NCBI GenBank assembly: GCA_964036045.1 | Contig: OZ038378.1 | Coordinates: forward strand, 53,568,001-53,632,000 | DNA from: Eutreptiella sp. 'Long Island Sound 2002' | Lineage: Eukaryota; Protista; Euglenida | DNA length: 64,000 nucleotides | Direction: 5' to 3' | In this document: piece after piece, positions 1 to 13,700 of the stretch | Numbering within the stretch: the stretch's first letter is position 1 | Layout: each line of letters begins with the position of its first letter | Made by a program: the position numbers and the translations under genes | Notes under the pieces: generated by a model | Told to the model about the DNA's origin: nothing | Seen by the model: only the letters and a program-made list of their open reading frames with translations | Database searches by the model: none

Positions 1-770
1 CAGGGGCTAGGACCTCACTGAGGACCCAGTGCGATCCCCCAAGGGGGCCATCAGTACAAAGAGGCCCAAGTGCCCCCCCGCACAAGGGCCAGGGTTTCAA
101 TGAGGCCCTTGTACGCTCCCGTACATGGGCCATGAATTCTATGAGGCCCCAGTGCGATTCCAGAGAGAGGCCATAAATAAAATGGGTCTCACTGCGCTCA
201 CGCACGTGGGCCATGAATTCAATGAGGCCCCAATGCTCCCCTGCACAGGGACCATGAGTTCCAAAGGGTTCTAGTGTGATCCCGCACGGGGGGCAGGGTT
301 TCAATGAGGCCTCAGCCATGACTACAAAGCGGCAGCAGTGCGGTCACGCACAGGGCAATTAGTACAAAGAGGCCCGAGTGCGCTCACGCACAAGAGCTAA
401 GATTTCAATGAGGCGCAAGTGTGATCCCGCACAGGGGCCATGACATCAAAGAGGCCCCAATGCTATCGAGCGTAGGGACCAATGTTTCAAAGGGTCCTGG
501 TGCGCTCACACACGGGGACCGCGATTTCAAAGAGGTCGCGGTGCGATCCCCCACGGGGGCCATCACTTGAAAGAGGCCCCAGTGCGACCCCGCATAGGGG
601 CCACGATTTCAATGAGGCCCCAATATGCTCACACACGGGCACCACGATTTCAAAGAGGTCCAAATGTGATCCCACACGGGGGCCATGACTTCCAAGAGGC
701 CCCAGTGTGATCCCACCCAGGGGTTAGATTTCAATGAGGGCCCACTATGCCTCCGCACAGGAACCATGAC
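1..770. repeat. Degenerate ~41-bp tandem repeat (consensus near GAGGCCCCAGTGCGATCCCGCACAGGGGCCATGAATTCAAT)
   Basis: The GAGG(C/A)CC anchor recurs at 20, 61, 102, 143 and 224. The array runs in from the left edge of the window. Confidence 0.85.
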
Positions 771-1199
771 TCCATTGCCCACTTCACAGCTGAATATGCA
801 GCATAAGCACAATTATTCACCAACGTGTTTTGGGGTGCTGTAACCCCTTTAACCCATGTATTCTTGGGGATCCCCAAACAAAGGGACAACTCAAGGGGCC
901 ATGCCAAAACGTCGGAGGCCATCACACCATAAGAACAAAATCAGAAGTGGTACACAAGTAGGCGGCGGATAGCCTACATTACCACTGCGTGCCCAGAACG
1001 AAAACAGAATCTGCCTCGAAATGGGAGGTTATATAACCCTTGTCCAGCAAAGGGGGGGCGGGGTGTACGGTCCACCGACCCTTGCCCGTAGGGCCTAGTG
1101 GCTGATAGTATGAGCGTACTAGCTCCTTAACAAAAAAAAAAGAACTCTACTGTCCTTGTGCAACGTCATGTGCCTTGTATCTCCGAAATCATATTTAAG

Positions 1200-3290
1200 G
1201 GTTGCCTCCAAAAAAGGGATCCAAGCTCCTTTTTGGACCTTCGCTTTGCAATCCTCCGTCAAAATGGCATCCAATGTCTTTTTTGGACCCTGGATTTGCC
1301 GTCTGCCTCCATAATGGGATCCAAAATTCGGTTTGCACCTTGGATTCGCAAACTGCCTCCAAAAAAGGACCCAAGGTGCATGTTCAATTTCCAGTGTGCC
1401 TTTGAATTGTATCCAAGGTCTATTTTGCACCTTAGCTTTGCCTCTTGGTTCCCAAACGGTATCCAACGTTTGCCACAATAATGGGATCCAAGGTCCGTTT
1501 TGCACCATGGATTTGCCGTCCGCTTGCCAAATGGGATTCAACATCCTTTGTCAACCATGCATTTGCAAACTACCCGGAAGATGGGATCCAAGGTCCGTAT
1601 TCCACCTTGGATGTTGCAATCTACCCACAAAATGGGAACCAAGATCTGTCTTGGACGTTAGATTTGCCTTGTTCCTTGAAAATAGGATTTAAGGTGTGCC
1701 TCCAAATTGGGATCCAAGCTTCGCTTTGGACCTTCGCTTTGCAATGCTTCTGCAAAATGGCATCCAAGGTCCTTTTTAGACCTTGCATTTGCCTTCTGCC
1801 TCTCCAACATGGGATCGAAGGTTCGGTTTGGACCTTGGATTCACGGTGTGCCTCCACAATGGGACCCCACGTCCCTTTCGGACCTTGAATTTGCGGTCCG
1901 CCCTCAAATTGGACCCAAGGTCTATTTTGAACCTTGGTTTTGCCTCTTGCATCCAACATGGGATCCAACGTCGGCCTCCACAAAGGGTCCCGTTTTGCAC
2001 CTTGGATTTGGAGTCCGCCTGCCGAATGAGACACAACATCCTTTGCGAACCATGCATTTGCAGTCTACCTCCAAGATGGGATACAAGGTCCGTTGTGGAG
2101 CTTCAACTTTGCAATCTACACTTAAAATGGGAACCAAGATCTGTTGTGGACCTTGGATTCGCCTTCTGCGTGTGCAAAGTGGAATCCAAGGTTCGGTTTG
2201 CAACTTGGATTCGTGTGTGCCTGCAAAATGGTATCCAAGGTCCGTGTTGGACCTTTCATTTGCAGTCCGCCCTCAAATTTGATCCAATGTGTATTTTGTA
2301 CCTTGCATTTGCCTCTTCCCTCCAAAATGGGATCCAACGTCTGCCTCCAAAATGGGATGCAAGGTCCGTTTTGCAGCTTCGATTTACAGTCCGCATGCGA
2401 AATGGGATGCAACATCCTTTGCGACCCATGCATTTGTAGTCTACCTCCAAAACGGGATCCAAAGTCCGTTTTTTGACATTGGATTTTGCAATCTACACCG
2501 AAAATGGGTACCAAGATTTGTTTTGGACCTTGGATTTTCCTTGTATCTCCAAAAGGGGATTTAAGGTCTGCCTCCAAAATAGAATCCAAGCTCCTTTTTC
2601 AACCTTCACTTTGCAGTTTTGCAGCAAAATGGCCTCCGAGGTCCTTTTTGGACCTTGGATTTGCCTTCTGCCTCTCCAAAATGGGATCCAAGGTTTGGTT
2701 TGGACCTTGGATTCACGGTCTGCTTCCAGAATGCGATGCAAGGTCCGTGTTTGGACCTTCAATTTGCCGTCAGCCTTCAAATTAGTTCCAAGGTGTATTT
2801 GGGACCTTGGATTTGCCTCTTGGCTCCAAAACGGGATCTAAACGGGCTTCCACAATGGGATACAAGGTCCCTTTTGCACCTTGGATTTGCAATCTGCCTG
2901 CCAAAATGGGATCCAGGCTCCTTTTTGCACCGTCGCTCTGCAGTCCTCTTCCAAAATGGCATCGAAGGTTCTTTTTGGACCTTGGATTTGCCTTTTGCCT
3001 CTCCATAATAGGATTCAAGGTTCGGTTTGGACCTTGGATTTGCGGTCTGCTTCCAAAGTGGGATGGAAGGTCTGTGTTGGACTTGCAATTTGCCATCCGC
3101 CTTGTTGGATTTGCCTCTCACCTCCAAAGTGGGATCCAACGTTTGCTTCAACAAGGGGAACCAAGGTCCGCTTTCCACCATGGATTTGCAATCCTCATGC
3201 CAAATGGGATGCAACATCCTTTGCCAACCATGCATTACGAACTTGTACAACGATCCAACGTACACCTTTTTGGTGCCATCCTCCAGCTTC
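1200..3290. repeat. ~50-bp satellite, each unit carrying an inverted repeat (ATCCAAGGTCC-GTTTT-GGACCTTGGAT)
   Basis: The AAAATGGGATCC anchor recurs at 1211, 1261, 1311 and 1361, giving about 40 diverged units. The overlapping ORFs in all frames are repeat artefacts. Confidence 0.9.
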
Positions 3291-3299
3291 CGCTAGACG

Positions 3300-4120
3300 G
3301 TAGCCTCGTATGAGCTGCCGAGCTCATGCTCCACCTCTTCCAGTACGGGCCCAGCACATTTGTGATCCGCCTTTGTGCTTACTTGTCACGCTTGCCTGTC
3401 CGGTGTACTTCCGGCGACCCCCCCCCCCCCCCGCCCCGGGACATGGCGGCCTGTTGGGCCACCTCAGCAGCAGACCAACTCGGCACTCTAGAAAGCCCAA
3501 TGGCGGTTGCCACAAACCTTGCATGGTCGAGAGGGTGGGTTGTTGCACTCCTACCAGTCCCCTTGTTGGTGCGAAACTGTTTGCGGCAACTAATGCACCA
3601 GAACTCGAAATCTTCTGGGCGACCTTTCCTCAGCTTCATTGTTCAATTGCGGCCTCCCCTATCCCGTGGCCTGGTCCCTTTCTCCCATCGGATCAACTGT
3701 TTGAGGCAGACGAGGACTTGCTTGATGGATCAGTATTGGAGGATTCGGAAGAGCCGCCGGACGAGCTCGATTCGTCCGGCGAGTTGGACACTGCCACTTT
3801 GGACTTCCTGCGGTCCTCGTGCTTTCTGCGCTAGTGGTCCTTCTCTGCCCGCTTCTACGCTTCGCTTTTGCTTCGTTTTTTTTCGTTCTCACGCTGTCTC
3901 TTCTTTTGGGCGTCATCCTCCAGGAGTCTTCTGCCATCCCTGTCGAGTTCCATGATGATGCCCCAAATATCGTGAGCCACAAGTCCCAATTGCACCTCCT
4001 CCGCACTATTCTTGGTCATGGAGTCCACCATCTTGGTAGGTTTGCGCACCAACTTTGGGGCACCTTTGGCCTTCCTCACTCGGCGCAAGGTGTCGCCTGT
4101 TAAGACCCAATGGTTCATCC
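3300..4120 (-). pseudogene. Degenerate coding remnant of unknown mobile element (basic/Ser-rich region, then FWCISCRKQF Cys pair)
   Basis: ORFs 3855-4118 and 3379-3639 read as protein-like across stops and frameshifts. No family-defining motif is present. Confidence 0.25.
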
Positions 4121-4407
4121 TTCAAGGAGAGTAACTCCAAGCAGGCGGTCGCCCTGTCCGCGTCCATCGGGGCAACCGCCCGCCTAAATTGTCTTGCGGT
4201 GGCGTTTCTCCGGCCCCATCATTTCATCTTGCTTCCGGCGTCTACTTCTTGGGCGCCGTAGTGCTAGGGTCCATAGTCTCACAATTCCCTGCGTGCGTCC
4301 CGCTCTGAGCCCAAAGCGGGCCCTCCTCCGTCAGGGTTCGCCACCTTCTGCCGGTTGCCTGAGAGTAACTGAAGGTAAGCCACTCTGTACTAGTCCAGTC
4401 TCTTGAC

Positions 4408-4730
4408 TCATATCACAAGTTTGTGCTTCACCAATTTTCCAGGCATGAACACCAAGTTTGGCACCTTCAGCAGCGTCGCCGTGTAGAGCTCGTATGCCAC
4501 CACTAGGTTCCAGTGTTCCCCAAAGTCATTCACAGTGGGTACCATGTGCTCGATTGCATGTTGAACTGACGCCACCCATCCGTGCTTTTGATTGATCCCA
4601 TTCCACTGCCTGGTGCCCAGGTCCAACAACTTTTTTTCGGCTGATGTGGTCAGACCATTTCTCCCAGTGCGCCGTTGAAAATTTGAAAAGGACGTACAGC
4701 CCATGCGGCACACCCTCCATCGGCAAATGT
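4408..4730 (-). pseudogene. Frameshifted coding remnant of unknown protein
   Basis: Joining ORFs 4526-4726 and 4408-4839 gives GVPHGLYVLFKFSTAHWEKWSDHIS/KKLLDLGTRQWNGINQKHGWVASVQHAIEHMVPTVNDFGEHWNLVVAYELY. Confidence 0.25.
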
Positions 4731-4739
4731 AAAAACCGC

Positions 4740-7700
4740 GAGGGTACGGAGCTATATGGTGTGTTGTGCCCACAACAAATGCGGTTGCGACACCTATCGG
4801 GTTGTCAACTGCTTGAACTTGTCCATTGAAGGCCATCAAAGGCTACATTGGATGCCCAATGCAGTGGATGCCACCGGTGGCCATGAGGCGTCGTACATCC
4901 ATTGCACTCTTCGGGGAACAGGCAGCCCCGACCACGTTTCAAGCTAGTGGCTACTAGGAGATAATGAGGAGTGGGCAACCTTGTATGCGGCTACCCAGGA
5001 GGTGAACTTGAATCAACCATTGTGGGATGCTAGTGTGGTCATTTTCTAGGATACCGCGGGTGACGACCACGAAAGCTTGATTTTCTTGTGTGCCCATGGT
5101 AAGCAAAAATTTGAATACCCGATTGTAAGAATTGGAAGACCCACACTCTTCAAGCCTTGGTCTCTTGGGTTTGTGGTTGCAATAGGGCAAAGTATGCTGC
5201 CAACTTTGGTGGGGAGAACACCATTGATGGTTGTTGCGAAATTGTGCTCCCAATTGGAGTCATATATAGAGACATCGCAGAACTTTCACATTCCCAACTA
5301 TGGGCAACATGGGGTGCTGGGTGTTGGTTGCCCTCGGCAAGGCGGCAGATGTTGTTGTACGTAACTTTTTTGAACTTGCTCTAGACGTTGCCCGGTTTCA
5401 ACAAAGGGCGGTGACAAAAGGCAGGTTGAACAATGACAAGGCAAATGGTAATGGGATGCGTAGGTTGCACAATGCCGCAGTTGCGTAGTTCATGCGCCAC
5501 CGGAGGTGGTAGGCATTCATTATTGTGCCTTGAGCATGGGGGAATGGACAACAAGCGCGTGGGAGGAAAACTATGCAAGGGGAGTTGTAGGGAGTGGTGG
5601 GACCGATTTGCCAACATGCGTGTATGCATGGCAAACGAGAGAGCTGCTTGGGGGAGGATGTAGGAAGGTTACGCAAATGTAGTATACAAATGAGCAAAGC
5701 CCACTTAGTACTCTAATGGGGGGTACAATTGGAATACGCTATGAACTGCCGGAGACTGCACCTAGCACGATTCGGACTAACTTGCATCGTTCTACCCCTG
5801 GCTTTTGCCAATGTTGTTCCGGTGTCATGACCCGTGGTAGCGGACGCACGTGAAGATACACATTCACCCATGTCAAGTCAAAGCAACACAAGGCGTGTCA
5901 ACTCAAATTGATGCAAGAAGTCGTCTTACGCAAGCTAGGTATACCGCACATAGTGCAACACTTGCCGGACACGGGGTAGATTGTCCCGACCATGGTAAGT
6001 GAGGGCGGGGGTCGTGCATACCATACGGCACCATCTTTGTGGGAGACTACCGCGGCGGCGGTGTGGTGCATCCGGTCGCTCCACATTTCGAGGACTTAGG
6101 TGCACTACCTCCAGCCCTCATCAAGTTAAGGGGGCATCGTCAGAGGATGCACGGGCAACGATGCGGCAGCTCGCACAACTTGCCGCACAGGCCTGCATTG
6201 CCCACATGGGTGAGGCTCGGGAGCTTTATGGTGCGGTGTGCCCAGTGATAATGCAGTTGCGACACCTATCTTGTTGTTGGCCGTTTGAACTTGTCGGTGT
6301 ACAGCAACCGGGTGATCAAAGGCTACATTGGCTGCCCCATGCAGTGGATGGCACGTGTGGCCATGAGGCATCGCACATCCATTGCACTCTTCGTGGAACA
6401 GGTATCCCCGACCACTTTTCAAGTTGGTGGCTACTAGGGGGTAATGAGGAGTGGGCAACCTTGTATGCGGCCACCCGGGAGATGCACTTGGACGAACAAT
6501 TGTGGGGTGCCGATGTGGTCATCTTCGAGGATGCCAACAGGCGACGAACAGTAAACCTTGTTGTTCGTGTGTGCCAATGGCAAAGGGGGCAGCCGACACC
6601 CAGCGCCCCATGTTACCCACGGTTGAGAATGCAACAGTTCTGCAATGTGTCTATATATGCCTCCAATTAGGAGCACAATTTGGCAACAACCATCAATGTT
6701 GTTTTCCCAACTAAAGTTGGCAAACACTTCGCCCTATTGCAACCACAAACCCAACACACCAAATGTTGAGGAGTGTGGGTCTTCCAATTCTTACAATTTG
6801 CCATTCAAATTTTTGTATGAACTACGGAAGCGCGGCACACTGCAACCTACGCTTCCCATTACCATTTGCTTTGTCATTGCTCAACCTACCCTTTGTTACC
6901 GTCTTTTGTTGAAACCCGCGAACGTCTAGAATAGGTTCAATAAAACTACGAACAACAACATCCGCGAACTTGCCTTGAGGAGGGGGGGATGAACGACAAC
7001 CGGCTAGGAGGAAAACTATGTAGGGATCTTTGTAGGAAGTGGTAAGACAGTTTTGCCAAGATGTGTGTGTATGCATGGCAAACGGGATAGCTCTCCGAGG
7101 AGGACGTAGGAAGTTTACGCAAATGTAGTATGAAGATGGGCAAAGCGCACTTAGTCTTCTCAGGGGGGGGGGGTGCACTTGGAATCTGCTATGAAGTGCC
7201 TTTGATTGCACCTTGTACGATTCGGACTGCCTTGCATCGTTCTACTCTTGCTTTTTGCCAATGTTGTTTTGGTGTCATGTCTGTGGTAGCGGACACAAGT
7301 GGAGAAACACGTTTACCCCTGTCAAGTTGAAGCAACACAAGGCGTGTCGACTCAAACTGATGCGAAACGTCGCCTTACGGAAGCTAGGCACACCGCACAC
7401 ACTGCAACACTTGCCTGACACAAGGTAGATTGTCCGGACAACGGTAGATGGGGGCGAGGGGCGTGCATACCATACGGCACCATCTTTGTGGGACACGACC
7501 GTGGCGGCGGTGTGGTGCATCCGGTTGCTCCAGCTTTCAAGGACCTAGGCGCAGTACCTTCAACCCACATCAAGTTAAGGAGGAATCTTCCGAGGATGTG
7601 TTGGCCACGCTGCGGCAGCTCGCATAGCTCGCAGCACAAGGCCTCCTCGCCCAAATGGGTGAGGGTGCTGAGCTCTATGGTGCGGTGTGGCTACTTCCAA

Positions 7701-10700
7701 TGCGGTTGCGAAACCGATTTTGTTGTCAACCGTCTGAACTTGTCCGTGTTAAACAACCGGGCTATGAAACACTACAATCCATGCCCAATGCAGTGGATGG
7801 CACGTGTCGCCATGAGGCATCGTTCATCCATTGCACTCTTCGGGGAACAAGCAGCTCCGACCACCTTTCAAGCTGGTGTCGACTAGAAGGTAATGAGGAG
7901 CGAGCAAACTTGTATGCGGCTACCTGGGAGGTGAACTTGGACCAACAAATGTTGGATGCTAGTGTGGTCCTCTGCATGATACCGCGGGTCGACGAGCGGG
8001 AAACCTTGTTTTCCTTGTGTGCCAATGGCAAGAAAAAAAAATTGAATGGCCAATTGTAAGAATTGGAAGACCCACACTCCTCAAGCCTTGGTCTCTTCGG
8101 TTTGTGGCCGCAATAGGGCAGAGTGTGCTGCCAACTTTGCTGGGGGGAATACCCTTGATGGTTGTTGCGAAATTGTGCTCCCAATTGGAGTCATATATAG
8201 AGACATCGCAGAACTGTCACATTCCCAACTATGGGTAACACGGGGCTTTAAGTGTCGGCTGCCCCCCGGCTGGACCGCGGATGTTGTTGTTCGTAGCTTT
8301 TTTGAACCTATTCCACACGTTACCGGGTTTCAGCAAAGGTGGGTAACAAATGGCAGGTTGAACAATGACAAGGCAAATGGTGATGGGATGTGTAGGTTGC
8401 AGTGTGCCGCGGTCGCGTAGTTGATGTGCAACCGGGTGTGGTAGGCATTCATTATTGTGTGCCATGAGGAGGGGGGGATGAACAACAAGCGGGTGGGCGG
8501 AAAACTATGTAGGGATCTTTGTAGTAGGTGGTCAGACAGTTTTGCCAAGATGTGCGTGTATGCACAGCAAACGGGATAGCTGACCGGGGGGGACGTGGGA
8601 TGGTTACGCAAATGTAGTGTAAAAATGGGCAAAGCCCATGAAGTCTTCTAGGGGGGGGGGGGTGCGCTTGGAATCTGCTATGAACTCTCTAACACTGCAC
8701 CTTGCACAATTCGGACTAACTTGCATCGTTCTACTCCCGCTTTTTGCCAATGTTGTTTTGGTGTCATGCCACGTGGTAGCGGAAACACGTGGAGAAAAAC
8801 GTTCAACCATATCAAGTCGAAGCAACACAAGCCGTGTCAACTGGAATTCATGCAAGACGTTGTGTTACGGAAGCTAGGTACATCGCACACAGTGCAAAAC
8901 TTGCCGTACAGGGCGTAGATTGTCCCGACGATGACGGATGGGGGCGGGGGTCGGGCATACCATACGGCCACATCTTTGTGGCACACAACCGTGGCGGCGC
9001 TGTGGTGCATCCGGTTGCACCGCCTTTCGCGAACCCAAGCGCAATACCTTCAGCCCTCATCAACTGAAATGGGCACGTGGGAGGATATGTGGGCCACAAT
9101 GCAGCAGCTCACAAACCCCGCCGCACACGGGTTCCTGGCCCAAATTATTGAGGGTCCCGAGCTCTATGGTGCGTTGTGCCCACGGCAAATAAGGTTGCAA
9201 CACCTATCTTGTTGTCGACTGCTTGAACTCGTCCATGTTCAACAACCGGGCGATCGAAGGCTACATTGGATGCCCAATTGGAGGGCACGCGTGGCCATCA
9301 GGCGTCGTACATCCATTACACTCTTCGGGGAACAAGCAGCTCCGCCCACCTTTCAGGCTGCTGCCTACTAGTGGGTAATAAGGAGTGGGCAAACTTGTAT
9401 GCGGCTACCCGGGAGGTGAACTGGGACCAACAATTGTGGGATGCTAGTGTGTTCATCTTCCATGATTCCGCGGCTCACGACCGGGAAACCTTGTTTTTCT
9501 TGTGCGCCAATGCAAAGGCAAAAATTTGAATGGGCAATTGTAAGAATCAGAAGATACACAGTCCTCAGGCTTTGGTCTGTTGGGTTTGTGGGCGCAATAG
9601 GGCAGAGTGTGCTGCCACCTTTGGTGGGGAAAACACCATTGGTGGTTGTTGCGAAATTGTGCTCCCAATTGGAGTCATATACAGACACATTGCAGAAGTG
9701 TCGCATTCCCAACTATGGGTAACACGGGGTGCTGGGTTTTGGCTGCCCCCGGCAAGTCCGCAGATGTTGTTGTTGGTAGCTTTTTTGAACCTATTCTAGA
9801 AGGTGCCCGGTTTCAACAAGAGACGGTAACAAAGGGCACGTTGCACAATGACAAGGCGAACAATAATGGAAAGCGTAGGTTGCAGTGTGCCGTTGCGTAT
9901 TTCATGTGCAACCGGAGGTGGTAGGCATTCATTACTGTGTGCCATGAGGAGGGGGGGATGAACAACAAGCGGGTGGGAGGAAAACTATGTAGGGATCTTT
10001 GTAGGGAGTGGTGGGACAGCTTTGCCAAGATGTGCGTGTATGCACAGCAAACGGGACAACTGTTTGGGGCGGACGTGGGAGGGTTACGCAAATGTAGCGT
10101 AAAAATTGGGCAAAGCCCACGAAGTCTTCGAAAGAAAGGGGGGGGGGGGTGCGCTTGGAATCTGCTGTGAACTGCCTAACACTGCACCTTGCACAAGGCG
10201 GACTAACTTGCATCAATCTGCTACTCCTTTTTGCCAATGTTGTTTTGGTGTCATGCCCCTTGGCAGCGGACACAAGTTGAGAAACACGTTCAACCATATC
10301 AAAGCGAAGCAACACAGAGCGTGTCGACTAGAATTGATGCACGACGTCGTCTTACAGAAGCTAGGTACATCGCACACAGTGCAGCACTTGCCAAACACGG
10401 GGTGGATTGTCCCGACGACGGCAGATGGGGGCGGGGGTCGTGCATACCATACGGCACCATCTTTGCGGGACACGACCGTGGCTTCGGTGTGCTCCACCTC
10501 CATCCGGCTGCTCCACCTTCTGAGGACCCAGGCACAGTCCTTCAGCCCTCATCTAGTTAAGGGGGAATCTCGGGAGGATGTGTGGGCCACGATGCAGCAG
10601 CTTTCACAGCCCGCCGCACAGGTCTTCGTCGCCCTGATGGGTGAGGAACAAGGACCATCATTGGCGTCGAGGGCAGACTACAAGAGTTGCCGTTCCCTGG

Positions 10701-13700
10701 GTTCATTGAGCAAAGGGATACAGGTGCAACCTTAGCCTGCGAGTTGGTACGCACTTGCTGTTGCAAAGATATTTAATCTTTTCCACTTGCTACGTGTTTT
10801 GCATAAACCTCGCTTGAAGAGGAACCACAAAGAGGTAGCTGTAAGCCAGAAGCAGCTTAACACTTTGGCACGCTTCGGTGCTTGTTCGCTCAATGCTCCC
10901 TCGTTGTCAGCAAGCAGAGCCGTTGTGTCTTGCTATATGGGTTGCGATATATATCGTACACAATGTATCCTACGGTTCGATAACTTGTACTGTCGATTCT
11001 TTGGGCCTGTTCCTAATAATGTCCAATCATTCACTGCATTGTACCACATTTGCTATTCTTCGTATGCCTCGCACCCTTGATGTCATGCCCCGGTTCCCAA
11101 GTGTGCACAAATTACACAATTGCCCGATTGTACCAAAACTATGCGTGACATGCTCGTGTACAGCCACAAGCATTTTGTTGATGGTTTACCTCATCGAATT
11201 TCAGTTCTTTACTGATCCGTGACACACACAGTCCACTTGACACTATGCGTACGGAGGTGTGCAGTCTGCCATTGGAAACTATGATGATGTCTTGTCTTAC
11301 TGTTGCAGCAACCCCTGACCTTATGAAGTTATTGCACGTCATCCAGTGAATACAGCAGAGGACACCGCATCATATGGCCTTGCTAGTAGGCGAGAACATA
11401 CACTACCAACCTCTCAAACTTGTTTACAGCCACAAGTATGCTAAGTGTAATGTACCAATCTTCTTGAGCAGAATACTAGTGCTTTACGGTGTGTGGCATC
11501 TTTACAATTACACCTCAATTGTTCATTAGAAGCAGGTTTCCGAGCTCCATGGTGCGGTGTACCCACTGCAAATGTGGTTGCGACACCTATCTTGTTGTCG
11601 ACCGTTTGAACTTGTCAATGTTCAACCGGGCGATCAAAGGCTACATTGGATGCCCAATGCAGTGGATGGCACGTGTGGCCATGAGGCGTCGTACATCCAT
11701 TGCACTCTTCAATGAACAAGCAACCTACCTGGTGGTGGCTACTAGGGGATAATGAGGAGTGGGCAAACTTGTATGCGGCTACCCAGAAGGTGATGTTGGA
11801 CCAACGATTGTTGGATGCTAGTGTGGTCATCTCCATGATACCGCGGGCCGACGAGCGGGAAACCTTGTTTTTCTTCTGTGCCAATGGCAAGGCAAAAATT
11901 TGAATGGCCAATTGTAAGAATTGGAAAACCCACACTCCTCAAGCCTTGGTTTATTGGGTTTGTGGGCGCCATAGGGCAAAGTGTGCTGCCAACTTGGGTG
12001 GGGAAAACACCATTGATGGTTGTAGCGAAATTGTGCTCCCAGTGGAGGCCTATATATAGACACATTGCAGAACTGCCGCATTCCCAACTATGGGGAACAC
12101 GGGGTGCTGGGTGTTGGCTGCCCCCGGTAACGCGGCAGATGTTGTTGTTGGTAGCTTTTTTGAACCTATTCTAGACGTTTCCCGGTTTCAAGAAAACACA
12201 GTAACAAATGGCACGTTGAACAATGACAAGGCAAATGGTAACGGGATGCGTAGGTTGCAATGTGCCGTGCTTCCCTAGTTTACCACAGCCAACAAGCAAA
12301 GAGCAATTCCAGCAGACAGACTGACTGAAAGGGGAAGAGGTAGAGGTAAACCAACGGTGACAAGCACCGTGAGTTCATGCGCAACCGGAGGTGGTAGGCA
12401 TTCATCATTGTGTGCCTTGAGGAGGGGGGGATGAACAACAAGCGGGTGGGAGGAAAACTATGCACGGATGTTTGTAGGGAGTGGTGGGACAGCTTTGCCA
12501 CGATGTGTGTGTATGCATGGCAAACGGGATAGTTGGCTGGGGGGGAGGAAGTAGGAAGGTTCCGCAAATGCAGTGTGAAAACAAGCAAAGCCCAATTAGT
12601 CTTCTAAGGGGGGGGGGGGGGGTGCGCTTGAAATCCACTATGAACTCTCTGAGACTACACCTTGTACAATTTGGACTAACTTGCATCGTTCTACTTTTGC
12701 TTTTTGCCAATGTTGTTCTGGTTCCATGGCCCGTGTTAGCGGGGACACGTGCAGAAGCGCGTTCACCCATACAAAGTCCAAGCAACACAAGGTGTCGCCA
12801 CTCAATTTGATGCAAGACGTATTACCGAAGGTAGGTACACCGTACACCATGCAACACTTGCCGGACACGGGGTAGATTGTCCCGACAACTATAGATGAGG
12901 GCGGGGGTAGTGCATACCATACGGCACCATCTTTGTGGGAGACGCCCGTGGTGGCGGTGTGCTGCATCCGGTTGCTCCACCTTTCCAGGACCCACACGCA
13001 GTACCTTCAGCCCTCATCAAGTTAAGGGGGCAACCTAGGAGGATGTGTGAGCCACAATGCGGCAGCTCGCACAGCCCGCCGCACAGGGGTTTGTTGCTCA
13101 ATTGGGTGAGGGTCCCGAGCTCTATGGTGCGGTGTGCCCATTGCAAATGCAGTTGCAACACTTATCTTGTTTTCGACTGTTTGAACTTGTCCATGTTCAG
13201 CAACCGGGTGATCAAAAAATGCATTGGCTGCCCAATATAACGGATGGCACATGTCGCCATGAGGCATTGTACATCCATTGCACTCTTCGGGGAACCGGCA
13301 CCCCGACCATCTTTCAAGCTGGTGGCTACTAGGGGGTAATGAGGAGTGGGCAACCTTGTCTGCGGCTACCCAGGAGGTGAACTTGGCCCAACAATTGTGG
13401 GATGCTAGTGTGGTCAACTTCCATGATACCGCGGCTGACGACCGGGAAACCTTGTTTTTCTTGTGTGCCAATGGCAAGCCAAAAATTTGAATGCCCGATT
13501 GTAAGAATTGGAAGACACACACTTGTCAAGCCTCGGTCTCTTGGGTTTGTGGGCGCAATAGGGCACAGTGTTCTGCCGACTTTGGTTTGGAAAACACCAT
13601 TGATGGATATTGCAAAATTGTGCTCCCAATTGGAGTCATACAAAACCACATCGCAAAAATATTGCATTCCCAACTATGGGTTCCACAGGGTGCTAGGTGT

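Noticed and set aside
1200-3290. CRISPR-like look of palindromic 50-bp units
   Set aside because: There are no unique spacers; the whole unit repeats and diverges, no cas genes are present, and the context is eukaryotic.
5205-5240. Ankyrin-like G(K/R)TPLMVVA in macrosatellite frame
   Set aside because: Isolated motif with no 33-aa periodicity.
5480-5520. Stop-codon reassignment suggested by TAGs shared among macrosatellite copies
   Set aside because: The intact-looking C2H2 exons and dioxygenase ORF have no in-frame TAG. One copy has TGG at another shared TAG site (~10403). Inheritance from a pseudogenised founder is simpler.
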